Positions 16,448 to 27,570 of a stretch of DNA of 64,000 nucleotides are shown here, in pieces (the stretch's first letter is position 1; each line of letters starts with the position of its first letter). Location of the stretch: assembly GCA_044336815.1 (NCBI GenBank), contig JBIIOU010000001.1, positions 1,208 through 65,207 of the forward strand, given 5' to 3'. The notes beneath the pieces were generated by a model. The model ran no database searches. It was not told the origin of the DNA and saw only the letters and a list, made by a program, of their open reading frames with translations. Origin of the DNA: Candidatus Nanopelagicales bacterium. GTDB lineage: Bacteria > Actinomycetota > Actinomycetes > S36-B12. The position numbers were made by a program, and so were the translations under genes.

Positions 16448-17350
16448 TTATCTGGATCGCTCCGCCAGCACAACGCCAAACAACACTATTAGCGCGCCGA
16501 TTATTTGGACCGGTGTCATTACCTCGCCCAGGGCAAGCCAAGCGATGGCGATAGCGATCAGCGGCTCGATCATTCCGATCACTGAGGCTTGGGAGGCGCG
16601 GATATGCCGCATTGAGTGGACAACTAATAGGAAAGGCACGGTGGTGCCAAGAACGATGAGATAGGTGAGAAGCACCCATATCGGGAACGCGTCATCATCG
16701 GTACCAAGTGGGTAGCCGATCCCGGTGAGACTCGCCCATGGAAACGACCACCAAGGTTGCACAATCGCCCAAAAAGCAGCCGAAGCTCCAAAGCCCCACA
16801 TGGTAAGTGAGACGGCGTCGCGCGGCTGGGCGGACCGCAGTTGCTTATCGGCGAGGACGTAGTAGATAGCGAGTGCGATCGCGGCCCCGAAGCCGGCGGT
16901 GACTCCGACCGCACTGAGCGTGAACCCAAGCCAGACTTGAGCGACCATTGCCAACCCGGTTAAAGCGAGGACGAGGGCTATCCAGACTGATTTTCGGGTC
17001 GCTTGTTTCATGCCGAATCGAAACCAGATCGCCACCATAATTGGCGCCGTGAACTCAATCAACAGGGCGACGCCGACGGGCAGGGTCTGGAGTGCGACGA
17101 AATAGAGGTACTGGGTCATGCCAACGCCAATTACCCCGTAGACAAGTAGTACCGGCAGTTCCTTCTTGGTTATTCGCAGAGCGGCGGGTCGCGTGATTGC
17201 TACCAGAACTAACAGAATCAGAAACGCAGAACTCACCCGAATCTGTGACAACCGCGTAGCTTCAATACCGGTAAGCAGTAGGGACTTAGAGACCGTCCCG
17301 TTTAATGCGAAAAGAAATGCTGCCGCCAGATAAAGCAAATACCCGGTCAT
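16448..17350 (-). CDS. EamA/DMT-superfamily transporter
   Basis: Ten hydrophobic helices. ATG 17350 (MTGYLLYLAAAFLFALNG) avoids overlap with glgA. Confidence 0.8.
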   Translation of the reverse strand: MTGYLLYLAAAFLFALNGTVSKSLLLTGIEATRLSQIRVSSAFLILLVLVAITRPAALRITKKELPVLLVYGVIGVGMTQYLYFVALQTLPVGVALLIEFTAPIMVAIWFRFGMKQATRKSVWIALVLALTGLAMVAQVWLGFTLSAVGVTAGFGAAIALAIYYVLADKQLRSAQPRDAVSLTMWGFGASAAFWAIVQPWWSFPWASLTGIGYPLGTDDDAFPIWVLLTYLIVLGTTVPFLLVVHSMRHIRASQASVIGMIEPLIAIAIAWLALGEVMTPVQIIGALIVLFGVVLAERSR

Positions 17351-17403
17351 CGGGTGCTGCTGCTTCGCTGGTGTGATCCCGGTCAGTGGTTCAGCAAGAT
17401 CGC

Positions 17404-18567
17404 TCACCGATTCAGCACCTGCTGATAAATAGCCACGGTGCGTTCGGCGATGGCGGCCCACCCAAAATCTGATTGGGCGCGGCTGCGACCGGCTGCACCC
17501 ATCGCATTGGCTCGGGATGGGTCGGCAACAAGTGAGTTCACCGCTGCTGCGAAGTCACGTTCAAATCCAGCAGGGTCAAGGGCTTCATATGAAACAAGCA
17601 GGCCGGTTTGGCCGTCAACCACAACTTCTGGGATCCCGCCGACCGCACTGGCAACCACCGCCGTTTGGCAAGCCATGGCCTCTAGGTTGACGATACCGAG
17701 GGGTTCGTAGATGGAAGGGCAAACAAAAGCTAGAGCACTGGAAAAAAGTTTGATCAACGTAGGTATGGCGACTTGTTCCTTTAGCCAAACCACACTGTCG
17801 TCACCGCGTGCTGCCCGGAGCTGCTCAACAGCCTGTGCGGTCTGCGCGGCGATTTCTTCGGTGTCTGGGGACGAGGCGGCCAAGACCAGCACTAAATCAT
17901 CGGAAAAACTGCGGGCCGCGTTGAGCAGATGCACGAGGCCCTTTTGATGCGTTATGCGTCCGACGAAAAGCACATATGGACGGGTGACGTCGATGCCTAG
18001 CTCAGTAAGAGCGATGGGGTCTGGGGTAGGTGAGTAGAGATCAGTGTCGATGCCATTGTGAATGACGTGGACGTTGGCTGGGTCGACAAAAGGGTAGGTG
18101 CTGAGTACATCGGAGCGCATGCCATTGCTGACGGCGATAATGGCATCGGCACCGGCGTAGGCGGTGCTCTCAACCCACGACGAAACTCGGTAGCCGCCGC
18201 CGAGTTGCTCTTGCTTCCAGGGGCGACGTGGTTCAAGGGAGTGAGCGGTCAGAACATGGGGCACGCCGTGCAGCAGGGCGCCCGTGTGCCCGGCAAAATT
18301 CGTGTACCAGGTGTGAGAGTGCAGTAGGTCCAACCCAGCGGTGGCGGCGGCCATTTCGAGGTCGACCCCGAGCACCCCAAGTGCCGGGTTTTCCGCAATG
18401 AGTGCGGCGGGCACCTGGTGGGCGGTGGCATCGGGGCGATCGGGCCCAAAACAATGTACCTCGACATCAACCAAGGGCCGTAAGTGCGCCACTAATTGGT
18501 CCACGTGTACCCCGGCGCCCCCGTAGATCTCCGGGGGCCACTCGCGGGTCAGCATTCCCACCTTCAT
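17404..18567 (-). CDS. glgA: Actinobacterial GT4 glycogen synthase / maltose-1-phosphate synthase (GlgA/GlgM family)
   Basis: MKVGMLTREWPPEIYGGAGVHV N-terminus and GT-B C-terminal EPLGIVNLEAMA motif. It is divergent from glgC, as in mycobacteria. Confidence 0.85.
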   Translation of the reverse strand: MKVGMLTREWPPEIYGGAGVHVDQLVAHLRPLVDVEVHCFGPDRPDATAHQVPAALIAENPALGVLGVDLEMAAATAGLDLLHSHTWYTNFAGHTGALLHGVPHVLTAHSLEPRRPWKQEQLGGGYRVSSWVESTAYAGADAIIAVSNGMRSDVLSTYPFVDPANVHVIHNGIDTDLYSPTPDPIALTELGIDVTRPYVLFVGRITHQKGLVHLLNAARSFSDDLVLVLAASSPDTEEIAAQTAQAVEQLRAARGDDSVVWLKEQVAIPTLIKLFSSALAFVCPSIYEPLGIVNLEAMACQTAVVASAVGGIPEVVVDGQTGLLVSYEALDPAGFERDFAAAVNSLVADPSRANAMGAAGRSRAQSDFGWAAIAERTVAIYQQVLNR

Positions 18568-18651
18568 GACATGAGCATAGGGACTCCGTGAGAACAATCG
18601 TGTCACGCACTTGAGTGAGATCTTCACACGTAAGCGGGTTAAGGTTCGATC

Positions 18652-19875
18652 GTGAGCTCAGGCCCGCACGTCCTCGCCATGGTGCTTGCTGGTGGCGCCG
18701 GTAAACGACTGATGCCACTGACGGCCGACCGAGCGAAGCCAGCGGTGCCCTTTGGTGGCTCCTATCGCCTAATCGATTTCGTACTTTCCAACCTCATTAA
18801 CGCTGGCCTGCGTCGAGTATGCGTACTGACCCAGTACAAGTCACACTCACTGGACCGCCACGTGACTACCACCTGGCGTATGTCGACTCTGCTTGGGGAT
18901 TACGTAACGCCGGTGCCGGCGCAGCAACGCCTTGGACCACGTTGGTATACCGGTAGTGCCGACGCAATATTCCAAAGCTTGAATTTGGTTTATGACGAGC
19001 AGCCTGACTACGTAGTCGTGTTTGGCGCTGATCACGTCTACCGCATGGATCCAATGCAAATGATCGAGGCGCATATTGCCGGAGGTGCTGGAGTGACGGT
19101 GGCTGGCATTCGCATGTCGAAATCGCAGGCGAGCCAGTTTGGTGTCATTGAAGCAGCACCCGATGGCCGCCACATCAAACGTTTCGCAGAGAAGCCGATT
19201 AGTCCGCCGACCATACCCGGCGACGATGAAAATTGCTATGTCTCCATGGGTAACTATGTTTTTTCAACGGATGTGCTCCTAGAAGCTTTGCGAATTGATG
19301 CGGCTGATAGTTCTTCGATTCATGACATGGGAACAAATATCATCCCGATGCTTACCGCCGAAGGCTTGGCGCAAGTTTATGACTTCGCTGCGAATACCGT
19401 ACCGGGTGAGACCGATCGCGATAAGGGCTACTGGCGAGACGTAGGTAGCCTCGACAGTTACCACGATGCGCATATGGATCTTGTATCAGTGCATCCGATT
19501 TTCAATTTGTACAACCGGCGTTGGCCGATTCTCACAAATCTGCCTTCGCTGCCGCCAGCAAAATTTGTTGAGGGAGGCAATGCCCACGATTCCATGGTAG
19601 GCGCCGGCACTGTTATTTCGGGTGCTCACGTTCGGGCTTCGGTTATTTCATCGAGTGTAACTATCGGCACGGGTGCTTATGTGGAAGGCAGTGTGATCAT
19701 GCCCGGCGTGCGCATTGGCCGCGACGCAGTTGTGCGGAGGGCGATCCTTGACAAGAATGTTGTCATTCCCGATGGCGCCCAGGTTGGGGTAGATCTTGAG
19801 CGCGATCGCGGGCTATACACCGTCAGCGATGCTGGCGTCGTTGCCCTCGGCAAAGGGGTCACAGCTGAGCGCTAG
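18652..19875 (+). CDS. glgC: Glucose-1-phosphate adenylyltransferase
   Basis: [30 protein letters not shown]-terminus and a C-terminal left-handed beta-helix region. Confidence 0.92.
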   Translation: MSSGPHVLAMVLAGGAGKRLMPLTADRAKPAVPFGGSYRLIDFVLSNLINAGLRRVCVLTQYKSHSLDRHVTTTWRMSTLLGDYVTPVPAQQRLGPRWYTGSADAIFQSLNLVYDEQPDYVVVFGADHVYRMDPMQMIEAHIAGGAGVTVAGIRMSKSQASQFGVIEAAPDGRHIKRFAEKPISPPTIPGDDENCYVSMGNYVFSTDVLLEALRIDAADSSSIHDMGTNIIPMLTAEGLAQVYDFAANTVPGETDRDKGYWRDVGSLDSYHDAHMDLVSVHPIFNLYNRRWPILTNLPSLPPAKFVEGGNAHDSMVGAGTVISGAHVRASVISSSVTIGTGAYVEGSVIMPGVRIGRDAVVRRAILDKNVVIPDGAQVGVDLERDRGLYTVSDAGVVALGKGVTAER

Positions 19876-19919
19876 TGGTGCATTTTTTGAAGTCCAGACC
19901 GTGAGAGACTTAGGAAATC

Positions 19920-21242
19920 ATGAGTATCGACTCTAGGTGGCGGCCAGCGGCGGCGCTATTAGCCTTTATCTGCTCGGTGGGCTCACTCATCGCACCAGGG
20001 GTACAAGCGGCGCAAGCGGCGGCACCGCTCGTCGCTCCTCGAATCATCGGGGGCACCCCGACCACCATTAACGTGGTTCCGTGGCAGGTGCTCTTGGTCG
20101 CGGGAGGCAAACTCTGCGGTGGCTCAATTATTTCAAGTACCTGGATCTTGACGGCGGCCCATTGCGTTAACGGCATAAACCCCTCACAAGTTGCTGTGTA
20201 TAGCGGCATCTCAAATAATTCGCAGCGCGCTTCGGTTGCACCGATTGGTGCGGTAACTATTGCGGTGCACCCAGGGTTTGCGCTACCTGCATATGGCAAT
20301 GACGTCGCACTTATCTCCCTGAATTCTCCTATTGTGACCGGGCCGAATTCGCAGGTAATAGCGCTGCCAATAGCGCAGGATCCAGCCACCTGGCCCCCTG
20401 TTGGTACCGAGGCCACCATTAGTGGGTGGGGGGTTACTAGTTTTAACGCATCTTCCACAAGTGACCAGCTGCTGAAAGCCACGGTGCAGGTGCTGGCACC
20501 GCCGGCTGCCGCATGCGGTGAATACGGCAACGGCTTTGACGGTTTGTTATCACTTTGCGCCGGCATTCAAGCCGGTGGGGTTGATACCTGTCAGGGTGAT
20601 AGCGGTGGGCCACTGGTAATCAGTGTCGGCGGTGTACCGCTGTTGGCGGGCGTAACGAGTGTCGGTTTTGAGTGTGCGCGGGCAAACTACCCGGGCATTT
20701 ATTCACGCACGAGTACCTTCATCCCGTGGATCCGCGGATTTGTCGATATACCTGTGACAGCTCCGATCCCACCCGCGAATGTGCAAGTCGCCGCGGTCGC
20801 TGGGGCTCAAGCGGTGGTCAGCTGGACAGCGTCGGTCAATAACGGGGGTGCGGCAGTGGCCTCGTATACCGCACTTGCTGAGCCGGGTGGCGCAATGTGC
20901 ACAACCACCGAAGTTACCTGTGCGGTCACGGGGCTAGTGCCAGGAAAGACTTACGCGTTCACCGTAAGTGCGTCAAACTCTATAGGTCAGGGGCAGCCAT
21001 CGGTCGCATCTGCTCCTGTTGTCGCAGTTTCCGGAACATCAACCGTTGGCCGCACGGTGAAAGTCAAAACTGTGGTTAAGTGGGCTGGCCTTAAGTATTC
21101 GTCAGGTGCAAAACTAAGTACTTCATCCGCCAAGATTTGCAAGGTTTCCAAATCGGGAGTTCTAATGCGCTCGGCCGGTACTTGTGTAATTGCAGTTCAG
21201 TCAGGCGGTAAGCGAGGCACCGCATTCATTGGAGTTTTGTAG
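19920..21242 (+). CDS. Secreted trypsin-like S1 serine protease with fibronectin type III domain and Lys-rich C-terminal domain
   Basis: Signal peptide. IIGG, TAAHC, NDVALISL and CQGDSGGPL triad motifs. FN3-like PPANVQVAAV...GKTYAFTVSASN. Confidence 0.88.
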   Translation: MSIDSRWRPAAALLAFICSVGSLIAPGVQAAQAAAPLVAPRIIGGTPTTINVVPWQVLLVAGGKLCGGSIISSTWILTAAHCVNGINPSQVAVYSGISNNSQRASVAPIGAVTIAVHPGFALPAYGNDVALISLNSPIVTGPNSQVIALPIAQDPATWPPVGTEATISGWGVTSFNASSTSDQLLKATVQVLAPPAAACGEYGNGFDGLLSLCAGIQAGGVDTCQGDSGGPLVISVGGVPLLAGVTSVGFECARANYPGIYSRTSTFIPWIRGFVDIPVTAPIPPANVQVAAVAGAQAVVSWTASVNNGGAAVASYTALAEPGGAMCTTTEVTCAVTGLVPGKTYAFTVSASNSIGQGQPSVASAPVVAVSGTSTVGRTVKVKTVVKWAGLKYSSGAKLSTSSAKICKVSKSGVLMRSAGTCVIAVQSGGKRGTAFIGVL

Positions 21243-21247
21243 CCAAT

Positions 21248-22165
21248 CTACCCTTCGGCAGCGTTGTGGCGCTCTACGGCCACTACTCGAGGGCGTTCAT
21301 CTTCATGAAAAACTCGATGCACGACAAGGAAACTACCAGGTGAAAGTTTGGCGTCCAAGACACTTGGATCAACATCCAGATCCAATGCGCTAGTTAACAC
21401 ATCCAAAAGCGCCGGTAGTACAGGTCGATGCGAGCATATAACGGTAGCTTGTGAGTGCAATGAAAGCTGCTTCATGCGTTCACGCGCACTCTTCTCGTCC
21501 TGCTCGAACCCTGATTCGCTGAGATCGCGCTCTTGCTGTACATCTGTACCCAAAAGTTTCGCGAGTGCTTTAACCGTCTCAAGGCAGCGGGCGGCGTCGG
21601 ATGAGTGCACTGATTCAATAGCGAATGCATTTAGTAACGGAGCCAAAGTTTTTGCCTGCGATTTGCCCTTGCCGGTAAGTGGGCGAGAGGCGTCATGGGC
21701 ACCTTTAAAATCTGCACGTTTAACTGCCTGTGCATGGCGCAAGAAAATTAGCGGGACGGTTGGCTGGAGCGCGGCCGCGGCCTCAACGGTGTCTGCATCG
21801 TGCTCGTATGTCAGGCGGTGCCGAGCCTGCGCTACGGGCAGCCACTGGATTTCATCTACTTCATCATTTGGCATGAACGGTTCGTTGCTTCGGGCTGTCG
21901 CCACCCAATACCGCACCTCCTTCGGGCGACCGAGTGCGTTGTAGGTCAACGTGGGAAGTGGTGCTCCTAGCCGAGGCAGGTAACTGGACTCCTCCATGCA
22001 CTCGCGTACGGCTGCAGCAAGTACATGTTCTCCGGGGTCAACTTTGCCTTTGGGCAGCGACCAGTCTTGGCGACGCGGCCGGTGCACGATCAGGACTTCA
22101 CGGTGGTCGGGCGCCCCCCGCAGTAGTACGACCCCTGCGGCGCGGACCAGGTCTTCGCTTGCCAC
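21248..22165 (-). CDS. mutT1: NUDIX hydrolase fused to a histidine-phosphatase (SixA-like) domain, MutT1-type
   Basis: Nudix box GKVDPGEHVLAAAVRECMEES. C-terminal RHA motif (LIFLRHAQA). Located next to ppk, as I recall for M. tuberculosis ppk1-mutT1. Confidence 0.8.
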   Translation of the reverse strand: MASEDLVRAAGVVLLRGAPDHREVLIVHRPRRQDWSLPKGKVDPGEHVLAAAVRECMEESSYLPRLGAPLPTLTYNALGRPKEVRYWVATARSNEPFMPNDEVDEIQWLPVAQARHRLTYEHDADTVEAAAALQPTVPLIFLRHAQAVKRADFKGAHDASRPLTGKGKSQAKTLAPLLNAFAIESVHSSDAARCLETVKALAKLLGTDVQQERDLSESGFEQDEKSARERMKQLSLHSQATVICSHRPVLPALLDVLTSALDLDVDPSVLDAKLSPGSFLVVHRVFHEDERPRVVAVERHNAAEG

Positions 22166-22169
22166 CTAG

Positions 22170-23699
22170 CTAAACCAACCCTGAATACTTCGCTGCCTTG
22201 CGGACTTTAGGCCAGAGCTCTACGAATTCATCTCGGTAGTCCATTTCGCGATCTACCTCATATGCGTACAACCGCCCGAGCATGAATGCTGTTGGACCGT
22301 CCGACTTTCCGGATATCTCCAGAAGCAAATGTTGTGCGATGTAGGTGTCCTGATGGTTACCGAGGACTTCGGTGACATCCGCCAGTGCGCGACCGAATGC
22401 CGCTGCCTCTGGACCAAAAATTGGTGACACGGCTTCGACCGCATATCGCGCCCGTTTCGCTTTTATTCGAGCGCGGTGCCATGCGGGGCTGGGGGTAACT
22501 AATTGGAGTCCGCCTACGGATTTGCGTAATGCCGACCACTCACGCGTCACGAGGTTAGGAAGTACCTCTTCGCAGGGCAAGTATGCGTCATCCAAAACTT
22601 GTGGCTCACGCGCTGCGGCTACTAAGTCTTCTAGCAAATATTCATGTCGGTCGCTACGAAGTGCAGCAAGGGCACCCGCGCGGGCGCTCTTTAATCGCGC
22701 ATTAAGCCATGCCGTTATTGCGGATGGGGCTAATTCATCGCTGGGGTCAAGAACCCTAGCGTCTTTTACCAGGCGCTTAAGTAGAACTTCGGTATCGCGA
22801 ATTGCACCGAGCTCTTGAGCCATCCACGCAAGCTCTTCGGTCAAAGTAGAGGCCCATTCCGCTTCGAGAAGCGGACCAAATGTGCGGAGCGTGCTGCGAA
22901 GTCTGCGCGCAGCAACGCGCATTTGGTGGACGGAGTCCTCGGTATCACGTCGCACGCCGACATCCGCGAAAAGTAAATGCCGAGCGTGATCGCCGATTAT
23001 CGAGCGGATGGCGTCAATGGCAACCCCCTCGCGGGTGGTCATCGCGCTCACCGGGATATCGGGGGGCGAGGTAGCGCGAGCGCCAAGTGCGCTAGCAGCC
23101 TTACTTGCTGAGCCGGGAACAGCACCGGCGCTAATAAATGCGTTGGCGATTACGTCCATTAAGGCAAGTGCGTTTTGGTCTTCGGCGTTCAGCGTCTCGA
23201 CTTCGATTTCTCGGAAGCTCGTCGTTGTCTGGTTGGCGGTTTCCGAAACCAAAACCTGGTCATCGACGATTTCAATAACTGAGGTACCGTTGGAATCGGA
23301 CACGAGATATGGCGTGCGTATTGTGGTGACCGTTACCACCGGCAGCAACTGCGCATCGCGCACCAGCGGCGAAACGATGTCAGCGAGGGTAGCTGGTACT
23401 ACGCCAGGTGCACCAGCGTCTAGTGGCAGCCTAACCTCATCCCGCGAGGACTCATCAGCTTTGGCCACGGGCAGTTTCAGATGCCAGCCGGCATCGTCAC
23501 CACCAACACGTCGGCGCAAGGTGATGCGCCATCTGAATAGGCGAAGCTCTGGGGTGTCGTAGTAGACGGCGGTCATTTCGAATGGGTTGCCTGGCTCCCA
23601 GGTGGTGATTACGCCACTGCTAACCAGATCCGGAAAGGTGAACTGCGCAGGCACGCGCAATTTACGCTCCACTTCACGGTGGACCGTAGGAGTTGTCAT
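22170..23699 (-). CDS. CYTH (triphosphate tunnel) + CHAD domain protein
   Basis: N-terminal EVERKLRV (ExExK) CYTH signature. Long helical Arg/His-rich CHAD-like C-terminal half. Its start overlaps the ppk stop (ATGA 23696-23699). Confidence 0.8.
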   Translation of the reverse strand: MTTPTVHREVERKLRVPAQFTFPDLVSSGVITTWEPGNPFEMTAVYYDTPELRLFRWRITLRRRVGGDDAGWHLKLPVAKADESSRDEVRLPLDAGAPGVVPATLADIVSPLVRDAQLLPVVTVTTIRTPYLVSDSNGTSVIEIVDDQVLVSETANQTTTSFREIEVETLNAEDQNALALMDVIANAFISAGAVPGSASKAASALGARATSPPDIPVSAMTTREGVAIDAIRSIIGDHARHLLFADVGVRRDTEDSVHQMRVAARRLRSTLRTFGPLLEAEWASTLTEELAWMAQELGAIRDTEVLLKRLVKDARVLDPSDELAPSAITAWLNARLKSARAGALAALRSDRHEYLLEDLVAAAREPQVLDDAYLPCEEVLPNLVTREWSALRKSVGGLQLVTPSPAWHRARIKAKRARYAVEAVSPIFGPEAAAFGRALADVTEVLGNHQDTYIAQHLLLEISGKSDGPTAFMLGRLYAYEVDREMDYRDEFVELWPKVRKAAKYSGLV

Positions 23700-25807
23700 G
23701 GAGCCCCTAGATTCCCAGCAATAAGGGTTTCCTGGAAGTCAAGAAGTGTGGTGCCATCGGCGCTGCGGGTTCGGCGTGTCCACGAGCCATCGGCGTGCAG
23801 ATCCCAAGCCGAAGTACCGGCGTCAAATGCAAGGTCGAATAACGTGTTGATCTCACCAACATGCTCAGGATCGCGCAACTGCACCAATGCTTCCACCCGG
23901 CGATCAAGGTTGCGGTGCATCATGTCAGCAGAACCTATCCAGATCTCAGGTATTCCGCCATTGTCGAACCCATAGCAGCGTGAATGCTCGAGGAATCGGC
24001 CGAGGATGCTGATCACTCGGATATTCTCACTAAGCTGAGGTACTCCTGGTCGCAACGAGCAGATGCCTCGCACCCACACTTCAATGGGCACCCCTGCTCC
24101 TGATGCTCGGTACAGCGCATCGACCACTCGCTCGTCGACAAGTGCATTTACTTTGAATCTAATACGTGCCGGGCGTCCTTGGGCATGGTGTTCGATTTCG
24201 CGGTCAATACGATCCAACAATCCTGAACGAACGGAATGGGGCGCGACAAGTAAACGGTCATACTGGGTGTTCATTGAATAACCGGACAACACATTGAAAA
24301 GGTTTGCTACGTCGTCGCCAACGGTAGTGCTGCAAGTCAATAAGCCAAAATCTTCATATAAGCGCGCCGTCTTCGGATGGTAATTCCCGGTGCCGATATG
24401 GCAGTAGCGACGCAACTGGTCACCGTCATTTCGAACCACCATTGATAACTTGCTGTGGGTCTTTAGGCCTACGAGACCATAAACGACATGTACTCCAGCT
24501 TCCTCAAGCTTGCGGCTCCACGCGATGTTATTTTCTTCATCGAAGCGAGCCTTGATTTCAACGATGGCAAGAACTTGCTTGCCCTCCTGGGCGGCGGTGA
24601 TCAACGCGTCGACGATCGGTGAGTCGCCGCTGGTGCGATAAAGAGTCTGCTTAATGGCAAGGACGTTCGGATCAATCGCTGCTTGTTCAAGAAATAGTTG
24701 CACGCTCGTTGAGAATGAGTCATATGGGTGATGAAGTAAAATATCACGCTCGCGAATACAGGCCAAGACGTCGGGCGCGGATGAAGATTCAACACCGGCG
24801 AGTTGGCGTGAGGTCTTGGAAACATATTTGCGGAGCTTCAGGTCGTCACGATCAAGTGCGTACAGATCCCAAAGGCCGGTTAGGTCAAGTGGACCAGGTA
24901 TCCGGAAGACTTCATGTTCGTTGACATCGAGTTCACTCATCAGCAATTCAAGTACGTGTGGGTCCATCGACTGTTCGACTTCTAGGCGAACGGGTGGGCC
25001 GAATCTGCGACGCATGAGCTCGCGCTCAAGTGCGAGCAGCAGGTTTTCCGCGTCATCCTCTTCGACTTCAACATCTTCATTGCGTGTGACTCGAAAAGAG
25101 TGATTTTGCAAAATCTGCATACCGGGGAAGAGGTCGTCAAGGTGCGCACCCATTACATCTTCAAGGGGAACAAATCGTTGTGGTGCGACCTTCACGAACC
25201 GAGGCAATGACGGCGGTACTTTCACGCGGGCGAACAACTCGGTGCCACTGACAGGATTACGCACCACCACCGCCAGGTTCAACGAGAGACCGCTGATGTA
25301 AGGGAATGGATGCGAAGGGTCCACGGCAAGTGGTGTGAGAACCGGGAATACCTGCGCATCAAAGAATCTATTCATCTCGGCGCGTTCATTTTCGGTAAGG
25401 TCTTGCCAACGAAGCAACTCGATGCCGGCGGCTAATAGGCCTGGTAACACATCCGAGTGAAAGACTTGGGCTTGCTCTCGCTGCATCGCGTGGGCGCGTT
25501 CCCAGATATCTTCCAGAACTTCACGCGGAGTGTGGCCATTTGCGGCCCTAACCGCGATGCCGGTGGCAATGCGCCGCTTGAGTCCTGCGACCCGAACCAT
25601 GAAGAACTCATCTAAGTTGCTGGCAAAAATGGCGAGGAATTTAGCGCGCTCCAATACTGGGAGCCGGTCGTCCTCAGATAACTCAAGTACCCGCTGGTTG
25701 AAGGCGAGCCAAGACAACTCGCGGTCGAGGAAGCGGTCAACACTGGCCGTTGGGTCCGAGCCAGCCTCAGTTGCTTGATTAGCGAGGTTCTCCTGGCTGG
25801 TTGTCAT
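23696..25807 (-). CDS. ppk: Polyphosphate kinase 1
   Basis: [23 protein letters not shown]-terminus. PLD-like C-domains with conserved His regions (THSKLSMV). Confidence 0.93.
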   Translation of the reverse strand: MTTSQENLANQATEAGSDPTASVDRFLDRELSWLAFNQRVLELSEDDRLPVLERAKFLAIFASNLDEFFMVRVAGLKRRIATGIAVRAANGHTPREVLEDIWERAHAMQREQAQVFHSDVLPGLLAAGIELLRWQDLTENERAEMNRFFDAQVFPVLTPLAVDPSHPFPYISGLSLNLAVVVRNPVSGTELFARVKVPPSLPRFVKVAPQRFVPLEDVMGAHLDDLFPGMQILQNHSFRVTRNEDVEVEEDDAENLLLALERELMRRRFGPPVRLEVEQSMDPHVLELLMSELDVNEHEVFRIPGPLDLTGLWDLYALDRDDLKLRKYVSKTSRQLAGVESSSAPDVLACIRERDILLHHPYDSFSTSVQLFLEQAAIDPNVLAIKQTLYRTSGDSPIVDALITAAQEGKQVLAIVEIKARFDEENNIAWSRKLEEAGVHVVYGLVGLKTHSKLSMVVRNDGDQLRRYCHIGTGNYHPKTARLYEDFGLLTCSTTVGDDVANLFNVLSGYSMNTQYDRLLVAPHSVRSGLLDRIDREIEHHAQGRPARIRFKVNALVDERVVDALYRASGAGVPIEVWVRGICSLRPGVPQLSENIRVISILGRFLEHSRCYGFDNGGIPEIWIGSADMMHRNLDRRVEALVQLRDPEHVGEINTLFDLAFDAGTSAWDLHADGSWTRRTRSADGTTLLDFQETLIAGNLGAP

Positions 25808-25840
25808 GCCTAGATCGTCGCATAGTCAGGTGAACAATTG

Positions 25841-26791
25841 CTATTGAGTATGCCGTTGGTACAGCACATCGGTGTCCCAGCGGGTGAACCCCAGGCTGGA
25901 ATAAAGCTTAAGGGCGGGGCCGTTGGTGGCATCTACGTAAAGCATGGCCTGATTTAAACCTAGATCGCGAAGGTGCTGAAGGCCGATTATGGTGATGGCC
26001 CGGCCTAATCCGGTGCCTTGCCACGTCGGGTCGACGCCAACCACGTACACCTCTCCGAGCGCTTCGTGTGCATGAGCTTCGTGTGCCTGAGATGCCTGCC
26101 CGGTCGCCCCATGTACTTTCGTCCAGTGAAAGCCAGCGATTTCGCCGGAGTCATCTGCGATGGCAAGGATGAATCCGTCGGTTGAAAACCATGGCTCACC
26201 CATCCGGCTTTCAAGATCAGCAATGAGCCACCCACCTTGCTCGGGGTGGTTGGCAAAGGCTCGGCTGTTTAGTTCGAGCCAAGCCTGAGCATCGAGGTCG
26301 GGGCTGAAAGTGCGAAGGCTAATGCCCGGCGGTAAAACGGGGGTGCTTAGCGGTGTCCGCAGGGACCGACGCATCTGCCATAGCACTCGGGTGTTGATGA
26401 AGTTCATTGAACGCGCAAGTTCAATCGCGGCTAACTGTTCGCCATGTGCCCATAAACGAAGCCTTTTATCGGGCACAGTACTAAGCATCGACTGTACGAG
26501 CTCACGACCAATTCCGATACGTCGGTGAGCTGGATGGACGGCTAGTTCGGCGCTTGGCCCAGCAACACCGTCGGTTGCATCTAGATGTGCGTATCCAACA
26601 AGAACGCCGCTCTGGCGCATCAAGAAGTGTTGATCGTGATGGTCGCCGCCATGGCTTACATGAAGCCACACATGCTCGGACAATGGATGCAGGCCGTCAG
26701 CCTGCAGCACAACGGCAACCAGTTCGCTGATTTCTTCGACTTCAGCATCAGTCAGATGTGAAGTGACGGATAATTGATTAGACGGGTTCAC
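25841..26791 (-). CDS. mshD: Mycothiol synthase (tandem GNAT acetyltransferase)
   Basis: Two GNAT repeats (RRIGIGRELV; QGTGLGRAIT). Located next to glnR, as in mycobacteria. Confidence 0.85.
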   Translation of the reverse strand: MNPSNQLSVTSHLTDAEVEEISELVAVVLQADGLHPLSEHVWLHVSHGGDHHDQHFLMRQSGVLVGYAHLDATDGVAGPSAELAVHPAHRRIGIGRELVQSMLSTVPDKRLRLWAHGEQLAAIELARSMNFINTRVLWQMRRSLRTPLSTPVLPPGISLRTFSPDLDAQAWLELNSRAFANHPEQGGWLIADLESRMGEPWFSTDGFILAIADDSGEIAGFHWTKVHGATGQASQAHEAHAHEALGEVYVVGVDPTWQGTGLGRAITIIGLQHLRDLGLNQAMLYVDATNGPALKLYSSLGFTRWDTDVLYQRHTQ

Positions 26792-26800
26792 GCACTCGGC

Positions 26801-27538
26801 TCACGAATGGGATGAACTTAGATCAACTGTGGATTCCAAAGTCGCGAGGGTTGAGTCGCCGGTGCGTTGCGGTACGAATCGGTAACCAACATTTCGAACG
26901 GTACCGATGAGCGCCTCATCTTCAACACCGAGTTTTGCGCGAAGACGACGCACGTGTACATCAACGGTGCGCGTGCCACCGAAATAGTCGTAGCCCCAGA
27001 CTTCTTGCAATAGCAGTGCACGGGTGAATACCCGACCAGCGTGTTGAGCTAAGTACTTTAATAGTTCAAATTCTTTAAACGTGAGATCGAGAGTGCGCCC
27101 ACGCAGTTTGGCTGTATAGGTTGCCTCATCGATCATGAGTTCGCCGCTGCGGATTTCTTCTGGCTCACCCGCGGGCACGCCCTTGACTTCTTGGACCCGA
27201 GAGATGGCCAGACGCAAGCGGGCTTCAAGTTCAGCGGGTGAAGTGCTGTCGACGAGTACTTCGTCCATTCCCCAGTCCCACTGAATCGCCGATAGCCCGC
27301 CCTCGGTGGTTACCAAGATCACGGGCACGCCGACGCCGGTCTGACGGATAAGGCGGGTGAGCCCTCGGACGGCCGGAAGATCGCGCCGGCCATCAATTAT
27401 TAAGACATCGCAATCGGGTGCGGAAAGCAGAGCGGTGGGCTCGGCGGGCAAGGTGCGCACATGGTGGGCCAGCAGGCTGAGGGCAGGCAGCACCTCAGAA
27501 GACGGCTCCATAGCTCGGGTGAGCAGTACCAAGCGCAT
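26801..27538 (-). CDS. glnR: Orphan OmpR-type response regulator GlnR (global nitrogen regulator)
   Basis: The N-terminal pattern LLT...[15 protein letters not shown] ... [11 protein letters not shown] ... TEGGL ... [10 protein letters not shown] matches my memory of Streptomyces/Mycobacterium GlnR. C-terminal winged helix ([13 protein letters not shown]). Confidence 0.8.
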   Translation of the reverse strand: MRLVLLTRAMEPSSEVLPALSLLAHHVRTLPAEPTALLSAPDCDVLIIDGRRDLPAVRGLTRLIRQTGVGVPVILVTTEGGLSAIQWDWGMDEVLVDSTSPAELEARLRLAISRVQEVKGVPAGEPEEIRSGELMIDEATYTAKLRGRTLDLTFKEFELLKYLAQHAGRVFTRALLLQEVWGYDYFGGTRTVDVHVRRLRAKLGVEDEALIGTVRNVGYRFVPQRTGDSTLATLESTVDLSSSHS

Positions 27539-27570
27539 AGGGGCACCTTATCGTCAGCAAGAATGACGAC

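Noticed and set aside
18628-18651. tRNA-like T-arm strings (e.g. AAGGTTCGATCG in the glgA/glgC spacer and GGGTTCGCATCGACTC at 12922-12937).
   Set aside because: There is no flanking acceptor, D or anticodon stem complementarity and too little space. I found no credible tRNA, rRNA or tmRNA in the window.
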